A DNA stretch of 64,000 bases from Octopus vulgaris (GCA_951406725.2 OX597818.1:40548001-40612000); one strand, 5' to 3'; positions 14,935 to 30,914 are shown, numbered from the stretch's first letter. Notes: generated from the sequence alone by a model not told the origin. Numbers and translations: made by a program.

Positions 14935-15436
14935 CGACGACGACGATAATGACGATGATCATCATCATGATCATGATCGATCATGATGACGATAATGATG
15001 ATGATGATGATGATAATGATGATGATGATGATGATGACGATGATGATGATGATGATAGTATTACAATGATAGTATTACAATGATAGTATTACAATAGTAT
15101 TACAATGATTGAACACGACAATCTGATTTTCCTTTTTTTTTTACCTCTCTCTTAGTTTGCTTTTATTGCTTTCAGAGTTGTCCAGTATTCGTTATGATTC
15201 CATACGTATTGTTGTTCTCGTCGTTGTCGTCGTTGTCATCGTCGTCGTTGTCATCGTCGTCGTTGTTGTTGTTGTTGTTGGTGCTGTAATTGTTTAATAT
15301 AAGTCTTTCTGATTTTGTTGATATATTTTTCGTCCATCTTGATTATTGCTGGCGTTATTAATTATTATTTTTCGGCCCTTGTGACCAATAAAGAAATTGT
15401 TATAAATAATTATCTTTACCTTTTTCGTCTTCACTG

Positions 15437-15502
<66 letters not shown>

Positions 15503-15774
15503 CAAAATCATCCTCATTATGGATATTGTTATCATTGTTATTTAATGGTCAATGATAATGATAATAGCAGCAACAACAACACCAATAATAATGATGATGA
15601 TGGTGGTGGTGGTGGTGTTGGTGGTGGAGGTAGCGTTGTTGTTGTTGTTGGTGGTGGTGGTGAGTGGTAGTGGTGGTAGTAGTAGTAGCGTTGTTGTTGT
15701 TGGTGGTGGTGGTGATGTTGATGATGATGATGTTGATGGTAATGATGATGATGATGACGATGATTATGATGATA

Positions 15775-15817
<43 letters not shown>

Positions 15818-15865
15818 GGATGATGATGATGATGGTAATGATAATTATGGTGATGATGATAATAT
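14865..15865. repeat. Cluster of (GAT)n, (GTC/GTT)n, (ATT)n and (GGT)n trinucleotide repeats
   Basis: Seen directly. It is the source of the poly-M/H/I/D ORFs. Confidence 0.93.
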
Positions 15866-16264
15866 TTTGTAGCAATCCCTTGATATTTCAATGGCTAATT
15901 TCGACCGATCGATAGTTATTGCTTCTTCGCTACACAGAGAAAATACCCACACTCAGACATATTTAAACACAATCACCTACACACACACTCACAACACACA
16001 CACACATATACACACAACACACGAAAGCATAGACTCGTACATATACGCACTCACATACAGACACTCCCCCTTCACAAATATACGCGCGTACACCACATCG
16101 ATGTCATAATAACAGGCTGTGTTGGTGACACTATCGGTAAAAGGCTAATGGAATGGAAGTCTTCCCATAATCAATCATCATTTCGTGTTTACTTTCTTCA
16201 ATACTCCACTTCTTCATCACTTCAAACAAACCCCTTCAGAAAATATCACACAATCTTTGAATGC

Positions 16265-16295
<31 letters not shown>

Positions 16296-16423
16296 ATTGT
16301 TTTATTCTTCATCACATATTAACTAATATCTGGACACATTCTTTCTTTCTTTCTTGAAATTAAAGGTAAAGCAACAATAAAAAAACACAAACAGGAAACG
16401 CAAACCCAAACACAACAACAGCA

Positions 16424-16621
16424 GTGGAGGCACAATGGCCCAGTGGTTAGGGCAGCGGACTCGCGTTCGGAGGATCGCGGTTTCGATTCCCAGATCGGAC
16501 GTTGTGTCTGTTTATTGAGCGAAAACACCTAAAGCCCCACGAGACTCTGTCAGGGTGTGGTGGCGACCCCTGTTGTACGCTTTCACTCCAACTTTCTCTC
16601 ACTCTTTCTTCCTGTTTCTTG
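16424..16621 (+). mobile_element. SINE family C (tRNA-derived head), 3'-truncated
   Basis: A-box TGGCCCAGTGG, tRNA-like ggactcgcg, B-box-like GGTTTCGATTCC, and a body gtttattgagcgaaaacacctaaa shared with 20812, 25134 and 61948. Confidence 0.85.
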
Positions 16622-16892
16622 TCCCCGACTTCCTACACAACCGCTTCCTGCACAGTGCCTATTTCCCAAGCCACTTCACTATTAATTAGGGTCCTATCCT
16701 TCTCTTAGATCTGAATTCAGCCCACAATCAATAAGCGGCAAGAGTGCAATGTGTATTCAGTTTGCACAGCATATAGCAACATGTTTTTGCTGTAAATAAA
16801 GTAAAGTGTTTTACAAAACTGGATGATAAATTTCTTGTTACATGTAAATGATACAATTAGAAAGTATTATAGCAGGTCTTATGCTTCACTGG

Positions 16893-17120
16893 ATCGGTTA
16901 CCCGGTTTCCATAGCACATAAGAGACCATGATCATAACAGTCCTACTGAACGGAACGCCTGTCAGTGGCTGGGTCACTCGTTTGCAGCTGAATGGACTGG
17001 ATCAACGTGAAAGGCAGAGTTTCACCGAAGACTACAATACACTGCCCTATCTGGGAATCGAAAATACGAGCTTGCGACCGTGAGTGCAACACCTCAATCA
17101 CTAGGCTACGTGCCTTCACA
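16893..17120 (-). mobile_element. SINE family D, degenerate
   Basis: Reverse complement resembles 39363-39608 (gtgaaggcacgtagcctagtgattgagg..; ..cagctgcaaacgagtga..; gaaaccggg). Confidence 0.6.
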
Positions 17121-18291
17121 GATGATGCAAAACAATGACAAATTCTTCCATGATATCTCACGAGTAAATACGTCAGGGAATTCTGGTCAAGTATCCAAGG
17201 ATAACTGCTATTAACTGGAACTGAGTATTTTTTAAAGGACTTGATCGTAATAAGGCTATATTGAGTTTCTCCGGGAGTGCTATCGGCATAATTTCAGTGA
17301 ACAAAATAACCCCGAACAATAACCAGAATAGTTCATTATATGCTAAAATTTATATCTTGCTATATTATTTCTAACGTAAGCCAGAGACCAAAAACTAAGA
17401 AGTAGAGAAACAACGGATTGCATCAAACCTAATACTTGATTGGTTCTTTATTTAATCGACCCCAGAAAGATGAAAAGCAAAGGTAACCTCGTTGAGATTT
17501 GAACTATGAATGTAACAGCCGAAAGAAATATCGCAACTCTTTTTGTTCGACGCTCTAATAATCATGCCAGGCCCACCACCCTCACATTTGCCTATAATCA
17601 AATTAACTGACGAGTGATGACAAGAACTTCATTAGCGTTCACATTTAAAATTTCTGAGGCTCACACAATTAACCTCCAACTCTGTACTCTTTATAAAGAT
17701 GGTATCATATAGAACTAGTTGGAATAGAACTCATTTCTTCTTTCACTCTACATAGTTCGATTCAATTGAAATACTCTTAATAAACTCTATCTAAAGCCGA
17801 ATATTTTGAGGCCTGACAAAAGATCAATGTAAGATCCTTAGAGGTACTTAGAACTGAAGTTAATGTTCTCCAATTTTTGTTTTATTTATTTTAATTTTTT
17901 TCCCATAACACTAATCAGTTTTTGACTACCAAAGGATTCTGATCACAAAGTTCTTATCTCTATCTTTACAATATGTCTCCCTTACTTGTTATTTTGTTAG
18001 CTCTCAAACCACTTCTATTCAAGTCGTCAAAATATCCTAAAACCCACTTAGTTGTTTATTTAGTCTTTTTACGAAAGTATATTCTGAGATACTTTCTAAA
18101 GTAGTTTATACTTATCTGGTTTTAACTTTAGCTTCTACCAATGTCAAAATCTATGAAACAAGATACGCTGAAGTGGCTTTCCAATTCCGACTCCCGATCA
18201 TAATTTTACAACTTCAGGAAACACTCGTTAGCATTCTAGAGATCAGGCTGGATATTATAAAGAGTACAGTTCTATATTTAAGTGATGAGGA

Positions 18292-18550
18292 ATTATTTAC
18301 ATTATTTACATTTTCCAGATATTTGTCCTCATCTTGTTTGTTGTTAACACAACATTTCGGCTGATATACCCTCCAGCTAATAATAATGATAATAATAATA
18401 ACGTAGAAAACTACCTTAGGAATGAGAACCCAGGCTCGAAATTTTCCCAAGACATCTGATGAAGGCTGGAGGGTATAACAGCCGAAACGTTGTGTTAACA
18501 ACAAAAAAGATGAGGACAAATATCCTTCAAAAGTAAATAATGTACATAAT
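18292..18550. mobile_element. Inverted pair of PLE-type terminal repeats (~86 bp arms) with a hammerhead motif in the right arm
   Basis: 18292-18377 is the reverse complement of 18465-18550. The spacer holds (TAA)n plus ~60 bp of further element sequence. Confidence 0.8.
18451..18496 (+). ncRNA. Minimal type I hammerhead ribozyme motif, canonical core
   Basis: gacat-CTGATGA-a-ggctg(gagggtataa)cagcc-GAAA-cg-TT-gtgtt. Stem I is gacat/gtgtt with G:U pairs, stem II is 5 bp, and stem III is a palindromic rudiment (aacgtt). Confidence 0.75.
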
Positions 18551-18734
18551 GTATTAAAATAAGTTTCACGTCTTCATTGTACTTCTGTACACTTTAATAG
18601 ATTCCAGCCTTCAAAAGTATTTTGATGTTGAACCAATTGGAGGAATATGATCTGTAATACTCTTTGTCTCTGATATCACATAACACATCACTCTGATATC
18701 CCAATATTTACATTTGTTATTAACATTAAGCAGT

Positions 18735-18917
18735 AAGGCGGAGAGCTGGCAGAATCATTTGCGTGCCGGACAAAATGCTTAGTGCATTTTGTCCGTCTTT
18801 ATGTTCTGAGTTCAAACGCTACCCAGGTCAACTTTGCTGCCCAGGTCAAGCGCAGTTCATGCAGTCAACTATCTCCAATCCCTAAAATTGCTGGCCTTGT
18901 GTGAAAAGTTGAAACCA
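18735..18917 (+). mobile_element. SINE family A monomer with ~18-bp target-site duplication
   Basis: Head aaggcggagagctggcagaatc. Flanked by ttattaacattaagcagt (18717-18734) and ttattaacatgaagcagt (18918-18935). Confidence 0.85.
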
Positions 18918-20188
18918 TTATTAACATGAAGCAGTTAACTTAAGATTGATAATCTGTTTTATTAGATGCTGCTACCAATAGGTTCCGAATCTGTTCTAAC
19001 TGACGCAGTGTAGAAAAATTCTACGGCGTGAAGAACCTGGCATGTAGTTTCAATCCACGGTCGAAACAATTCACTTCTTTTTATCTGTGTATTGATGAAG
19101 TTTATATTTAACCGCTAGTATTGCTAGAAATAGTAGAAACATTTTCTTCAATTTGAAAACTACACCATCTAGAACAAGGAAGCTCTAGTTAATTCTAAAG
19201 TGTAGTAATGTTTTTGATCTTAGTTTGCTCTGCCAGGCTTAACATGGTCCTAAGCAGGAACGATAGTCAGCAGTTCATGACCGCAAACAACAGCCTTCAG
19301 AGAAAGGCCCAACAGTTGGGTATCTTGATTTCTACATAACTACATCTACGTAAGACACATAGATTTCGGTGACGATCCAACCAAGTATTAAACGTTACTG
19401 AAACATAAAGTCACAATTTTTAAACGCAATACTGCGTTAATAACATTTCGAAATCGCGTTGCGTTATACATAACTCGAGAAGCATAGGATTTCGGATAAC
19501 GACTGACATTACACTGAAGAAGGTTCAGCTAAAGATTCCATATTTCAAATGCCAATATTTCCATTATGAATTGACCTCAGGCAATAAAAGGTTATGTTTT
19601 TGTAAAGTATTTAGATTTGACAATAGGCAGACATTAACGTAATGTTAAATGTTATTTCGGATTTTGAAGGACTTTAGAAATCATTTTACTATGAAGCAAA
19701 TTATTGAGTTGTCGCTGGTACACAAAACCGCTAATATAAATACACATATCAATGAATATGTGGTCGCGAGTACACACAAATATACATACATACATACGCG
19801 GGCGCATGCACACACACAAACACACACATATACATACACACATATCTATCTATATACACATATATGAGTTTTTAAGTTTTGTGAGTATATAAAAATATAT
19901 ATTTAGGTACGTGTGTACATATATGTGTATATATAATAATATAAACAATATATAAATAAATATATGCATATATACATATATGTACATACCTACATATATA
20001 TGTATATATACATGCATATATGGGTACAGGAAATCAAAAAACACAATAAGAAACGAAAACATAAAGACAAAAACAGAAAAACGAACTTATTTTCTATCAA
20101 CGAAAAAAACCCCCACAGAAACGAGACATGCAACATAAAGAATATTCCCCTTCATCAGTTGTCCCCGTTTCATCTACTCCGCGTTTAT

Positions 20189-20242
<54 letters not shown>

Positions 20243-20243
20243 A

Positions 20244-20276
<33 letters not shown>

Positions 20277-20755
20277 TACATACATATATATGTGTGTGTG
20301 TATGTGTCTGTTTATACACAAATATATATATGTATATGTACGTATGCATATACATATGTATGTATATATATATGTGTACGTATTTATGTGTGTGTATGTG
20401 TGCACCGTAAAAGAAAGAGCGAGAGATAGGCGCATACGTAAGAAGTAAAATGTTAGAAAATATTATATGCATAGACATACTGAGAGACATACACATGCAC
20501 ACACATGTAAGTATCGAATAAAGCTTCATATTCAACAATATGCCATAGATTCTCCAAATATCGATATTTCATCATTCTGCTTCCTTATCAAAACATTGTA
20601 TGTAGTATCTAAATCTGCTATATCAAAGATTATTAAGCATAGATTGATATCTCGATATTACAAGATCGTAATCTTTACATTATCGGTATAGAACATACTT
20701 AAAAAGAAACATTAAAAAATACTAAGACCTCAATTGGTTTATCTTTGAAGTCTTG

Positions 20756-20811
<56 letters not shown>

Positions 20812-20812
<1 letters not shown>

Positions 20813-21190
20813 TGGCACTCCGTCGGTTACGACGACGCAGGGTTCCAGTTGATCTGATCAACGGAACAGCCTGCTCGTGAAATTAACGTGCAAGTGACTG
20901 AGCACTCCACAGAAACGTGTACCCTTAACGTAGTTCTCGGGGAGATTCAGCGTGACACAGAGTGTGACAAGGCTGGCCCTTTGAAATACAGGTACATCAG
21001 AAACAGGAAGAAAGACTGAGAGAAAGTTGTGGTGAAAGAGTACAGCAGGGTTCACCACCACTCCCTGCCGGAGCCTCGTGGAACTTCAGGTGTTTTCGCT
21101 CAATAAACACTCACAACGCCCGGTCTGGGAATTGAAACTGTGATCCTACGACCGCGTGTCCGCTGCCCTAAGCACTGGACCATGGCACCT

Positions 21191-21193
<3 letters not shown>
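20812..21193 (-). mobile_element. SINE family C, full length, flanked by (TA)n on both sides
   Basis: Reverse complement gives head tggaggtgccatggtccagtgcttagggcagcggac and tail ..gtcgtcgtaaccgacggagtgccac. Confidence 0.9.
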
Positions 21194-21239
<46 letters not shown>

Positions 21240-21871
21240 TACAACAATACATATATATAAATGCGCATGTGCATGTGCGTGTATGTATGTATGCATGCAT
21301 GTATGTATGTGTCTATGTATATATATACATATGTGTGTGTGTGCAGGTGGCTATCTACATATATTTTGTGGGATTTTCCTTTTTAGTAATTCGTTGTTCA
21401 TGGTTTTTTAAGTGAGTTACAGAAGCATCTTTTTCTCTTAATCAATCTCATTGTCAGCTTACAGCGTCCCTTCATTGTCCACTTTTCCGTTCTTTTACTC
21501 ACTCAATATCTCCCATTTGTTACCTTCACTTTCCATCCTTTTCTTTCTCTCTCTCTCTCTCTCTCACCCGTCTCTCTGTCTACCACCAGACTTGCAGTTA
21601 AAGACATTCCAACCACGATCATTTTATCCCTCCACCCAGCACTTATTACCTGACAGGTTGTGCGAATGACTAAAAGTGAAAATGTCATCCCCATAGAACC
21701 AGGAACAATGTGGTACCTTCAAACTAAATTTGCAGGGGGTGCAACCAACTCAATAAATAAGGTCCTTTTTGAATTTGGCCCACCGGCAATATATATATCT
21801 CTGAATATATTCTCCAGCATATTTTTTGTTTTAAGTTAGTGTGTGCTCCTATTTCGGACAACCGGAATAGG

Positions 21872-22290
21872 GGCAGGCATGGCTGCGTGGTAAGATGTTT
21901 GCTTTCAGGTATCATTATTCCATCTTCAGTCCCACTACGTGATGCCTTGAGCAACTATCTTCTTCTATAGCCCCGGGTTAACCGAAGTCTTTTCAGTGCA
22001 TTTGGTAACAGGAAGCTGAAAAAAGCCTGCCAAACATATACATCTATGTGTCTGTCCCCCCGATGTTGATTTTTTTAACACCCATGCGAATCAATCTTTC
22101 GGCAAAAGGCATCTCTTGACAACCGATGTTGGTCTGTTTACGTCCACGCAAATTAAACTTTCGGCAAAAGAGATTGATAGGATAAATACTAGACATAAAG
22201 TTAATTACTGTGGTCGATTTATTCGACTAAGCCCCTTAAGGTGGTACCCCAGTAAGGTCGCAATCCAGTGACTGAAACAAGTAAAAGATT
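21872..22290 (+). mobile_element. SINE family B, old diverged copy
   Basis: Collinear similarity to the family B head (tggctgcgtggtaag) and tail (tgactgaaacaagtaaaaga). Confidence 0.75.
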
Positions 22291-22571
22291 TACATAACGA
22301 AATCGGAATTTTCTTTCCTTATGCTCTAGATAAAGAGTTTGCATTCAAATTCAGAAAACACTACTGAACGTGACAGACACCTGAGCGAGACCAGGAGGCA
22401 CAACAATCGAAAGGCTGTGATTATTATAACCAAGATATAACAGTTGTCCGCTCAAACAAATTTCTAATTGTAATTCCTAATAAAGACACACGACTTGAAA
22501 TTTAGGGGGGAAGGGATTAGTTGAGACCGTCAACTCTAGCGCGTGACTGAATATTATTGTTATCAAGACGT

Positions 22572-22726
22572 AGGCGTGGCTGTGTGGTAAGAAGTTCGCT
22601 TCCCAACCACATGGTCTCGGTTCGAGTCCCACTGCGTGGAACCTTGAGAGGGTGTTTTACTAGTAAAGCATCGGGCTGTTAAAGCATTGTGAGTGGATTT
22701 GGTTGACGAAAACTAAAAGAAGCCCG

Positions 22727-22730
<4 letters not shown>
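22572..22730 (+). mobile_element. SINE family B, 5' half
   Basis: aggcgtggctgtgtggtaagaag..aaagaagcccgtcgt followed by (CA)n. Confidence 0.85.
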
Positions 22731-22769
<39 letters not shown>

Positions 22770-24857
22770 AGGAAAATAACACAAGGTAGAAAATGCTAAA
22801 ATAATTTTATCACGAAGAACGTTTTAGTACCGGTTTCAGCCTTTGCGACTTTTCCTACTTGAAGTAAAGCATGGAAAACAATTAAATTGTGGAAAAATTA
22901 AATGAATTGTTTCTAAAAAATATTTCTATAGTTTTCAAATGCAAGGGACATTTTCCTTTATTTTACTTTTTTCTCTCTCTCTGCATGTATATATTCACTG
23001 CCACATCCGATAAACACGAGCTTTTGTATATTACTAGCTGTTGTTATTGTTTAACTCCAGGCCTATTCAATAAGCATTGACCTGTGATTAAATGCGTTCT
23101 AAACAAGAATACACTGTCTTTCCTTTAGTCATTGAATATCTACAACTGTATTATCCTAGAAGAGAATGAAGGTAGATTCACTGCTATTTCCACCATACTA
23201 AATGATCGAATAGCACCTCTGTCTTTTGTTCGTTACATTATTGATAATTACTCGAATCGATCTGATAGATATAGAAAGCAAATCTCCCTCAAATTACACT
23301 GTATCATCTTAAAGAAGAAATGTATTTGAAAATATAATCCTAGATGCATCATATCTGAAATAAACACTGGATTGTCAGGGCTGGAACGCGTTAGATTACA
23401 GTTCTGCTTCATCAAATTCGATATGTATCTCCAATCGTGTCAGAGATTACTGGCAAAGTTGGTTCTTACGAGATTTCAACTCAAAATATTGAAAAAATAT
23501 ACAAGCAAATAACTGAACTTATATATCTGGAATTTTCTTGAAGGCATAACTCACCTCTTTCTCATCAAATATTGTTGTTCTCACTCCGAGTAACAGACAT
23601 TCTTTGCCCGTGTACTATCAGTTGACAAATAATTTTTGCAGTATTGTCTCTCGTTTTTTTTTTTCCAACTAAATCAAGACACTTGTGTTTTCTGACTGTA
23701 CATTCTATTTATTGCTCGCCGCTTACTGCTAGCATGGCGATGCAGTTCGCTCTAAACTATTTGTCAGCCTATTGATAACACTGTCGATCGATCTGGTTTT
23801 TCTCAGCAGTCTCAAAAATAATAATAACATATAAAAAAGAAAGAAATTCATGGAAAGGATCTAGGTTAACGTCACTGGCGTTATCGTCAGCTATTTCTAT
23901 CTACTTGTGTTGATTTGAGAAATTTGAAAATTATTCAGTTGAAGACCAGGCTGAGTCATCCTCATAATCATCTCATTTTACGCTGTTCTATGCATATTAT
24001 ACTTGTGTCCCTGTTATTTTTGGGTACTAATATCCTTTCAGTATATTATTCTTCCATTGTAGTACCATGTCGTATGTAAAATGTTTTGGCTTTATGCTAA
24101 TGGCGTCTCTCTAAATGTAGATATATCTCTATGGTAATTATATATAATTAAATCAGTCGATGGAGGAATTGGTTACACAGCAAGGCTTGTCACCCATTCA
24201 TTCTTTTATTCGTTAATTCTTTCATTCTTTCATTCTTTCATTCTTTCAATCATTATCCCATTCATTCAACCATTTTTCATACAATTATTCTTTCATGTAT
24301 GCACAGACTCCCTTATTTATACCAGTGCTAAATAATTTACTCCCTCGTTCAATTAAACACACACGTTTACATACACATGTACGAGGTTTGTACTGTTTTC
24401 CAAACCTTGGATACTGTATATTGTTTCATCAAAATACAAGAAAGAAACAAACATAAAAATACAGCGAACAGTCGGTATTCTTATTGTGTGAAAGAGTGAG
24501 ATTGAATATAAGAATAAAGAGATATTAATAAATATATAATAATAAATTACAATAACTATTTACAATAATAATGCCCTAAAAGTATCCTTCAAAATTAGGG
24601 ACAAATGTATTGGATGATTCAGGTTACCTTAAAACAATCTCCATTCACTTTGGCACACGAAAAAAAATACATTGTCCCCGTTCTTACTGTTAGCTTCAAA
24701 GTGATAGATTCGTGGTCTGTACTGAATGAGTAAAATTTTATATTTCAGTCTCAAATTAAGTAAATTTTGGCACTCCCGAAACAGAATAAAATATGCTTCA
24801 ACACACGAATTCACTTAAAGAATCTTGCAAACCAAATACAAAAACGAAATATATCTA

Positions 24858-24966
<109 letters not shown>

Positions 24967-24973
24967 GTCTGTT

Positions 24974-25007
<34 letters not shown>

Positions 25008-25082
25008 TATATACATATATATAAACAATTAAAAAGGTAACTATAATTTTTAGATTTGTATGGACTCTTAACCACTTTGCAG

Positions 25083-25130
<48 letters not shown>

Positions 25131-25133
25131 CGT

Positions 25134-25683
<550 letters not shown>

Positions 25684-26353
25684 CGGGAGAGAGAGATAAG
25701 AGGTCCATTCTGATATTTTTCTGTCACAGTTCAAATTCTTTTTTATTCTCATTGCAATTTCAGTGCACCAGGAAATAGCCCACTGGAGCCTTCAAAGCAG
25801 CAACTGTATTGATCACCAATTGCTACATGAACCAAATAAATAAAGAAATGCATAAGGAGAAAGTTTACGATGCTAATGATTTACTGATTATGCATAAATC
25901 TCTCCTTTTTTAACAACGCAACAAATACGAAACCTTCACGCAATTTCTGAGTGTTCAGAAAACCACGTGCTCTTCGGATTGTTGGATATCAGTTATCAAT
26001 AGGCTTGAGAGATAACAGTGATAGGAGCATCTGGACAAAGTAAAGGCACATGTAATTGCATCTGAAAAGAAGAAGACCGTCTATATCGTATGCAATTAAT
26101 CTCAACAATACCCAATACGTACAGAAACACACAGATACACAGAGACTCACATACGCACACAAACACATACATTTATATATATATACATATATATATGCTG
26201 TCTGAGAAGAAAGTTTTCTATTGAACTTTTTATAATATAAGAGAGCATATTTAACCAGGCAGACGATATCTAGTTACTTATTGTTGCATCTGGAATTTTT
26301 CTGGAATATTCATTTTCACTTTGTCCTTTCCGACGTTTGTTTGACCTCTATCT

Positions 26354-26754
26354 TTCTTATTTCTTTATTGCCCACAAGGGGTTAAATATAGAAGGGACAA
26401 ACAAGGACAGACAAAGGGATTAAGTCGATTACATCGACCTCAGTGCGTAATTGGTACTTACGTTCTCGACCTCGAAAGGATGAAAGGCAAAGTCGACCTC
26501 AGTGGAATTTGAACTCAGAACGTAACGACAGACGAAATACCTATTTCTTTACTACCCACAAGGGGCTAAACACAGAAAGGACAAACAAGGACAGACAAAC
26601 GGATTAAGTCTATTATATCGACCCCAGTGCGTAACTGGTACTTATTTAATCGACCCCGAAAAGATGATAGGCAAAGTCGATTTCAGCAGAATTTGAACTC
26701 AGAACGTAGCGGCTGACGAAATACCGCTAAGCATTTCTTCCAGCTCACCGCCTT
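26354..26754 (-). mobile_element. SINE family A, dimeric
   Basis: Two body units. Imperfect flanking duplication tgacctctatctttctt / taacctctcgctttctt. Confidence 0.9.
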
Positions 26755-28699
26755 CTAACCTCTCGCTTTCTTGACATACAAAATGCTAGATGTATCCATA
26801 CTACAAACTGCTACAAATACAGAATTATTTCGAGCTCTTTTGAAACGGACTTAACTATTTTATTCTCCTGCGGCTGGATGAGTTCAATAACACAATTCCA
26901 AATCAAATAAAAGATCGATTGTACTCTTTACAAAATTTGTACCATTAGATAAAAATATGATAAAAATAAATTTCTACTAAAGACAAATAATTTAATAAGT
27001 GAGCGAAAACTTTTGTTGTACCTCATCCGTGAATTTCGTATGTAGTAAATATTTAACAGAGAATGCGCTCTTCTGTATTGACAGAGACTAAAGAGCTGGG
27101 ATTCAAAATATAAATTACAAGATAAGTAATCGAAATGTCAAACGGGATAGTTTACCATAATTATTTCTTTTTATTACATTTGTGTCTAATTCTCATTGCT
27201 GGTTTGCATGGATACTCTCCGTTGTTACGAATTGGCTTGTAAATGCTTGTGAAATATAAATTAGGTGAGTTCATGTACTTTAAATTAAAAGAATGCCTAC
27301 CATTTTCATTGTGCTTCAATTCGAAAATCTATATCAGAAGGCTGAAAATAAGATCGAAGAGGACGAGGGGAGATAATCGAAGAAAACAAAGGAGATGACC
27401 AGTCATTAGGTAGGTGGGAGACCATTGCTAATATTTAACCCTCGATGAATCCTGGTTGAGCAAAGATCCATAACCAGAGCTATATTAGCTATTGACAGTC
27501 CCATACTTTTTCAAGAATTATGAACTCCCACTTATATTACCAAATACACTCTTTAACCAAACGGTCGTGTGTGACTCAAGGTTTCTTTAACTACTAGTTT
27601 ATTAGTTGGGCAAGCACGTAGAGGCATTGTCTCGTTGTCTCGATAGATGAAGATAACGATCAACATTATAACATCTAAAAGATAATTCTTAGAATTTAAA
27701 AACATCAAGAAAATGGGAAATAATTCGTTTTCTTTCTCAGTGGAAGTTAGAATTTAAAAGCTGTTATACATAGCTTTATCTACTTTGAGTTCAGTAATTA
27801 AAAGCTAAACTTAAGTACTTTGTCAGAGCTTCTTGTCCTTCGATTGGCCGTTAGGAAGGTAAGCAGGACAGGTATCATGGAAAAACATTATTGCAACACA
27901 AAATATTGAAAGATACGCATAAACACAAATGGTTAAATTAATTGAAACATACACAAACGTATGAAATTAGTAAACATGATAGGATGGTGGAGATGATAAG
28001 CAAATATATATGTAATGTAAAATGAAATGAAACTTTCTGAACCGAAACTGCTTCACACACACACTGACACACGCACATACACTCACACACACATTCACAC
28101 ACAAACATATATGTGTGAATGGATGAGCAGATAAAGCAACCGTGAATCGTAAAGTAGGTAGAGCCAAACTATACGGAAAAATAACGCAGATAACGCTAAA
28201 ACATGACAGCCATTTTGTTTCCTTCACATTGTCTTTTTGCCAATCTAATAATGTCTAATGAAACTTGTAATTTTCTCTTCAAATATGTTCTTAATGTTTG
28301 CAGACACACGGCACTAACATCGGCCATATGACTCGGAATGGCAGCTGCAGTGTAGTCTAACAAACATGTTAACATATTGGCAATTCTGACTTGATTTTGC
28401 TATCGGCAAATTAACCTTCATCTTTTTTTTTTGTTGGCTTTTGCATTTAGTTTATAACTTTCGTTGATTGGGTCAAGGACTTCAGGCAAGGGTAAATTCA
28501 TACACGGAAACTAATGTCCAGCCACACAAACATGCACAAATACATTATAAATGTATGCATGTCAGTATACGTTGGAGTTTGTATGTATGTATGTATGTAT
28601 GTATGTATCAGTTGAGTGTATGATTACATGAAGTGAACATTTCTTGCTTTTTGTTAAAGATGATATACTCAATAGCAGAAAGAGTGAAGACTGTGGAAG

Positions 28700-29236
<537 letters not shown>

Positions 29237-29426
29237 ACCTTAGGTAAGCTGTTGTTGTTTAGAGACCCATATCGTAGATCGCATAGAACTTTGATCAATA
29301 GTGACAGTATATATGATTGTATTAAGTAATGTTAGGGAGTTATTTATAGGATATTTGCTTAGTTTATCTTGTATGTCAAGCGTCAACGTTTAGACCACTC
29401 TTCTTTCGTAAGCTTCTATAAATATT

Positions 29427-29825
29427 GGTTTCCAATTTGGGCACAAGGCCAGTAATTTCGTTGGAGTGGGTAAGCCGATTACATCTAACCCCAGTGCTAA
29501 CGTGGTAGTTATTTTATCAACCTGGAAAGGATGAAAGACAAAGTCAATCCTAGCGGCTATTGAACTCAGAATGTAAAATCGGAAGAAATACCTATTTCTT
29601 TACTACCCACAAGGGGCTAAACACAGAAAGGACAAACAAGGACAGATAAATGGATTAAGTCGATTATATCGACCCCAGTGCGTAACTGGTACTTATTTAA
29701 TCAAACCCGAAATGATGAAAGGCAAAGTCGACCTCGGCGGAATTTGAACTCAGAACGTAGCGGCAGACGAAATACCGCTAAGCATTTTATTCGGTGTATT
29801 ACCGTTTCTGCCAGATCACCGCCTT
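29427..29825 (-). mobile_element. SINE family A, dimeric, with a perfect 17-bp target-site duplication
   Basis: aagcttctataaatatt at 29410-29426 and 29826-29842. Confidence 0.92.
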
Positions 29826-30592
29826 AAGCTTCTATAAATATTAGTGCGAGTGTGCATTCATATAGTCAATTGTGTATGTGTATGTATAGATGCATGTGTG
29901 CGTATGTGCGCATGCGTGTGTGTGTTTGTCTTTACATATGTTTGAAGCGCGTATGAGCGTTATTTTGGACCGAATGTTTGGATTCATGAGTGTTTACGTA
30001 AGTGTTTACTAGACTATATTTGCAAGACCTGCAACTACCAAAGATGTCAAAGAGCTGACCTAACATCTAAAAAAAAAACGAAACGAAGGAAGCTTCGTAA
30101 CTTTTCAGCTGCTTTGCAACATGTCCTCTATAATAAAAAGACAAGCCACATATACAAGTACACAAACACGTAGACGCGCAGACGACTTCCAATAGCTTTA
30201 AAATCGGTAACGTTGGCTTGGAGTACTGCGTCAAATTTAGTATTGAACTGGTAAAGAGCAACGGAATAATAACGTCAGTCAGACTATTAACTTAGATAAG
30301 TTATCGAAATGTAAAATCGTCATTGTGTTCAAAACTATTAAAGTATTACAGAAACCCATTTCAGATCAAACAAACCACTAATAAATTTGAATGTTTCATT
30401 GAATTCATAATTCATGTCAAATCAAAGTTTACAAACATATGATAAAAATATCAAAGATTGTATTTATACAGGTTGAAATATGTTATAGGCACATGTTATT
30501 TTGAGATACGCAGCAGCTGGTTATCTGATTGTAAACAGGGATCATACATATTACGAATCACTGTGTACTGTGCATCCTCATAAAATATACAT

Positions 30593-30710
30593 AAACAACC
30601 TCGACTGCAATACGAAACAATCTAGACTGCAATACGAAATAACCTCGACTGCAATACGAAATAACCTCGACTGCAATACGAAACAACCTTGACTGCAATA
30701 CAAAATAATG
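30593..30710. repeat. 22-bp minisatellite, 5.3 copies (aaa[c/t]aacctcgactgcaatacg)
   Basis: Units start at 30593, 30615, 30637, 30659 and 30681, head-to-tail with no spacers. Confidence 0.95.
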
Positions 30711-30914
30711 GTTCCAAATTTTGGTCCAGGACAGGTTTTGAGGGGAGGGATAAGGCGATTGTATTGATCCCAGTACTTTGTAGGTACTTATTTTATAGAC
30801 TCCGAAAGGATGAAAGGTGTAGTGGAGTGGACCCCGGCGAAATTTGAACAAGACAAAATCTCGATACGCCTTTTTTTTTCTAGTGTGCTAACGATTCTTC
30901 CAGTTCACCGACTT
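30711..30914 (-). mobile_element. SINE family A, diverged monomer with a 14-bp target-site duplication
   Basis: Flanked by aatacaaaataatg (30697-30710) and aatacgaaataatg (30917-30930). Confidence 0.75.

Noticed and set aside
16424-16500. tRNA-like sequences (also 39363, 40148, 61948) as tRNA genes
   Set aside because: They have A/B boxes but continue into shared SINE bodies, vary between copies, and show no clean acceptor stem or terminator. They are SINE heads.
22825-22857. Another hammerhead (minus: agtc(gcaaa)ggct-GAAA-ccgg-TA-cta)
   Set aside because: The 3' half fits, but the CUGANGA-equivalent core is missing or decayed. I treat it as a remnant only.
30593-30710. Regular 22-bp repeats that could suggest a CRISPR array
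   Set aside because: Units are head-to-tail with no unique spacers, there are no cas genes, and the context is eukaryotic. It is a minisatellite.
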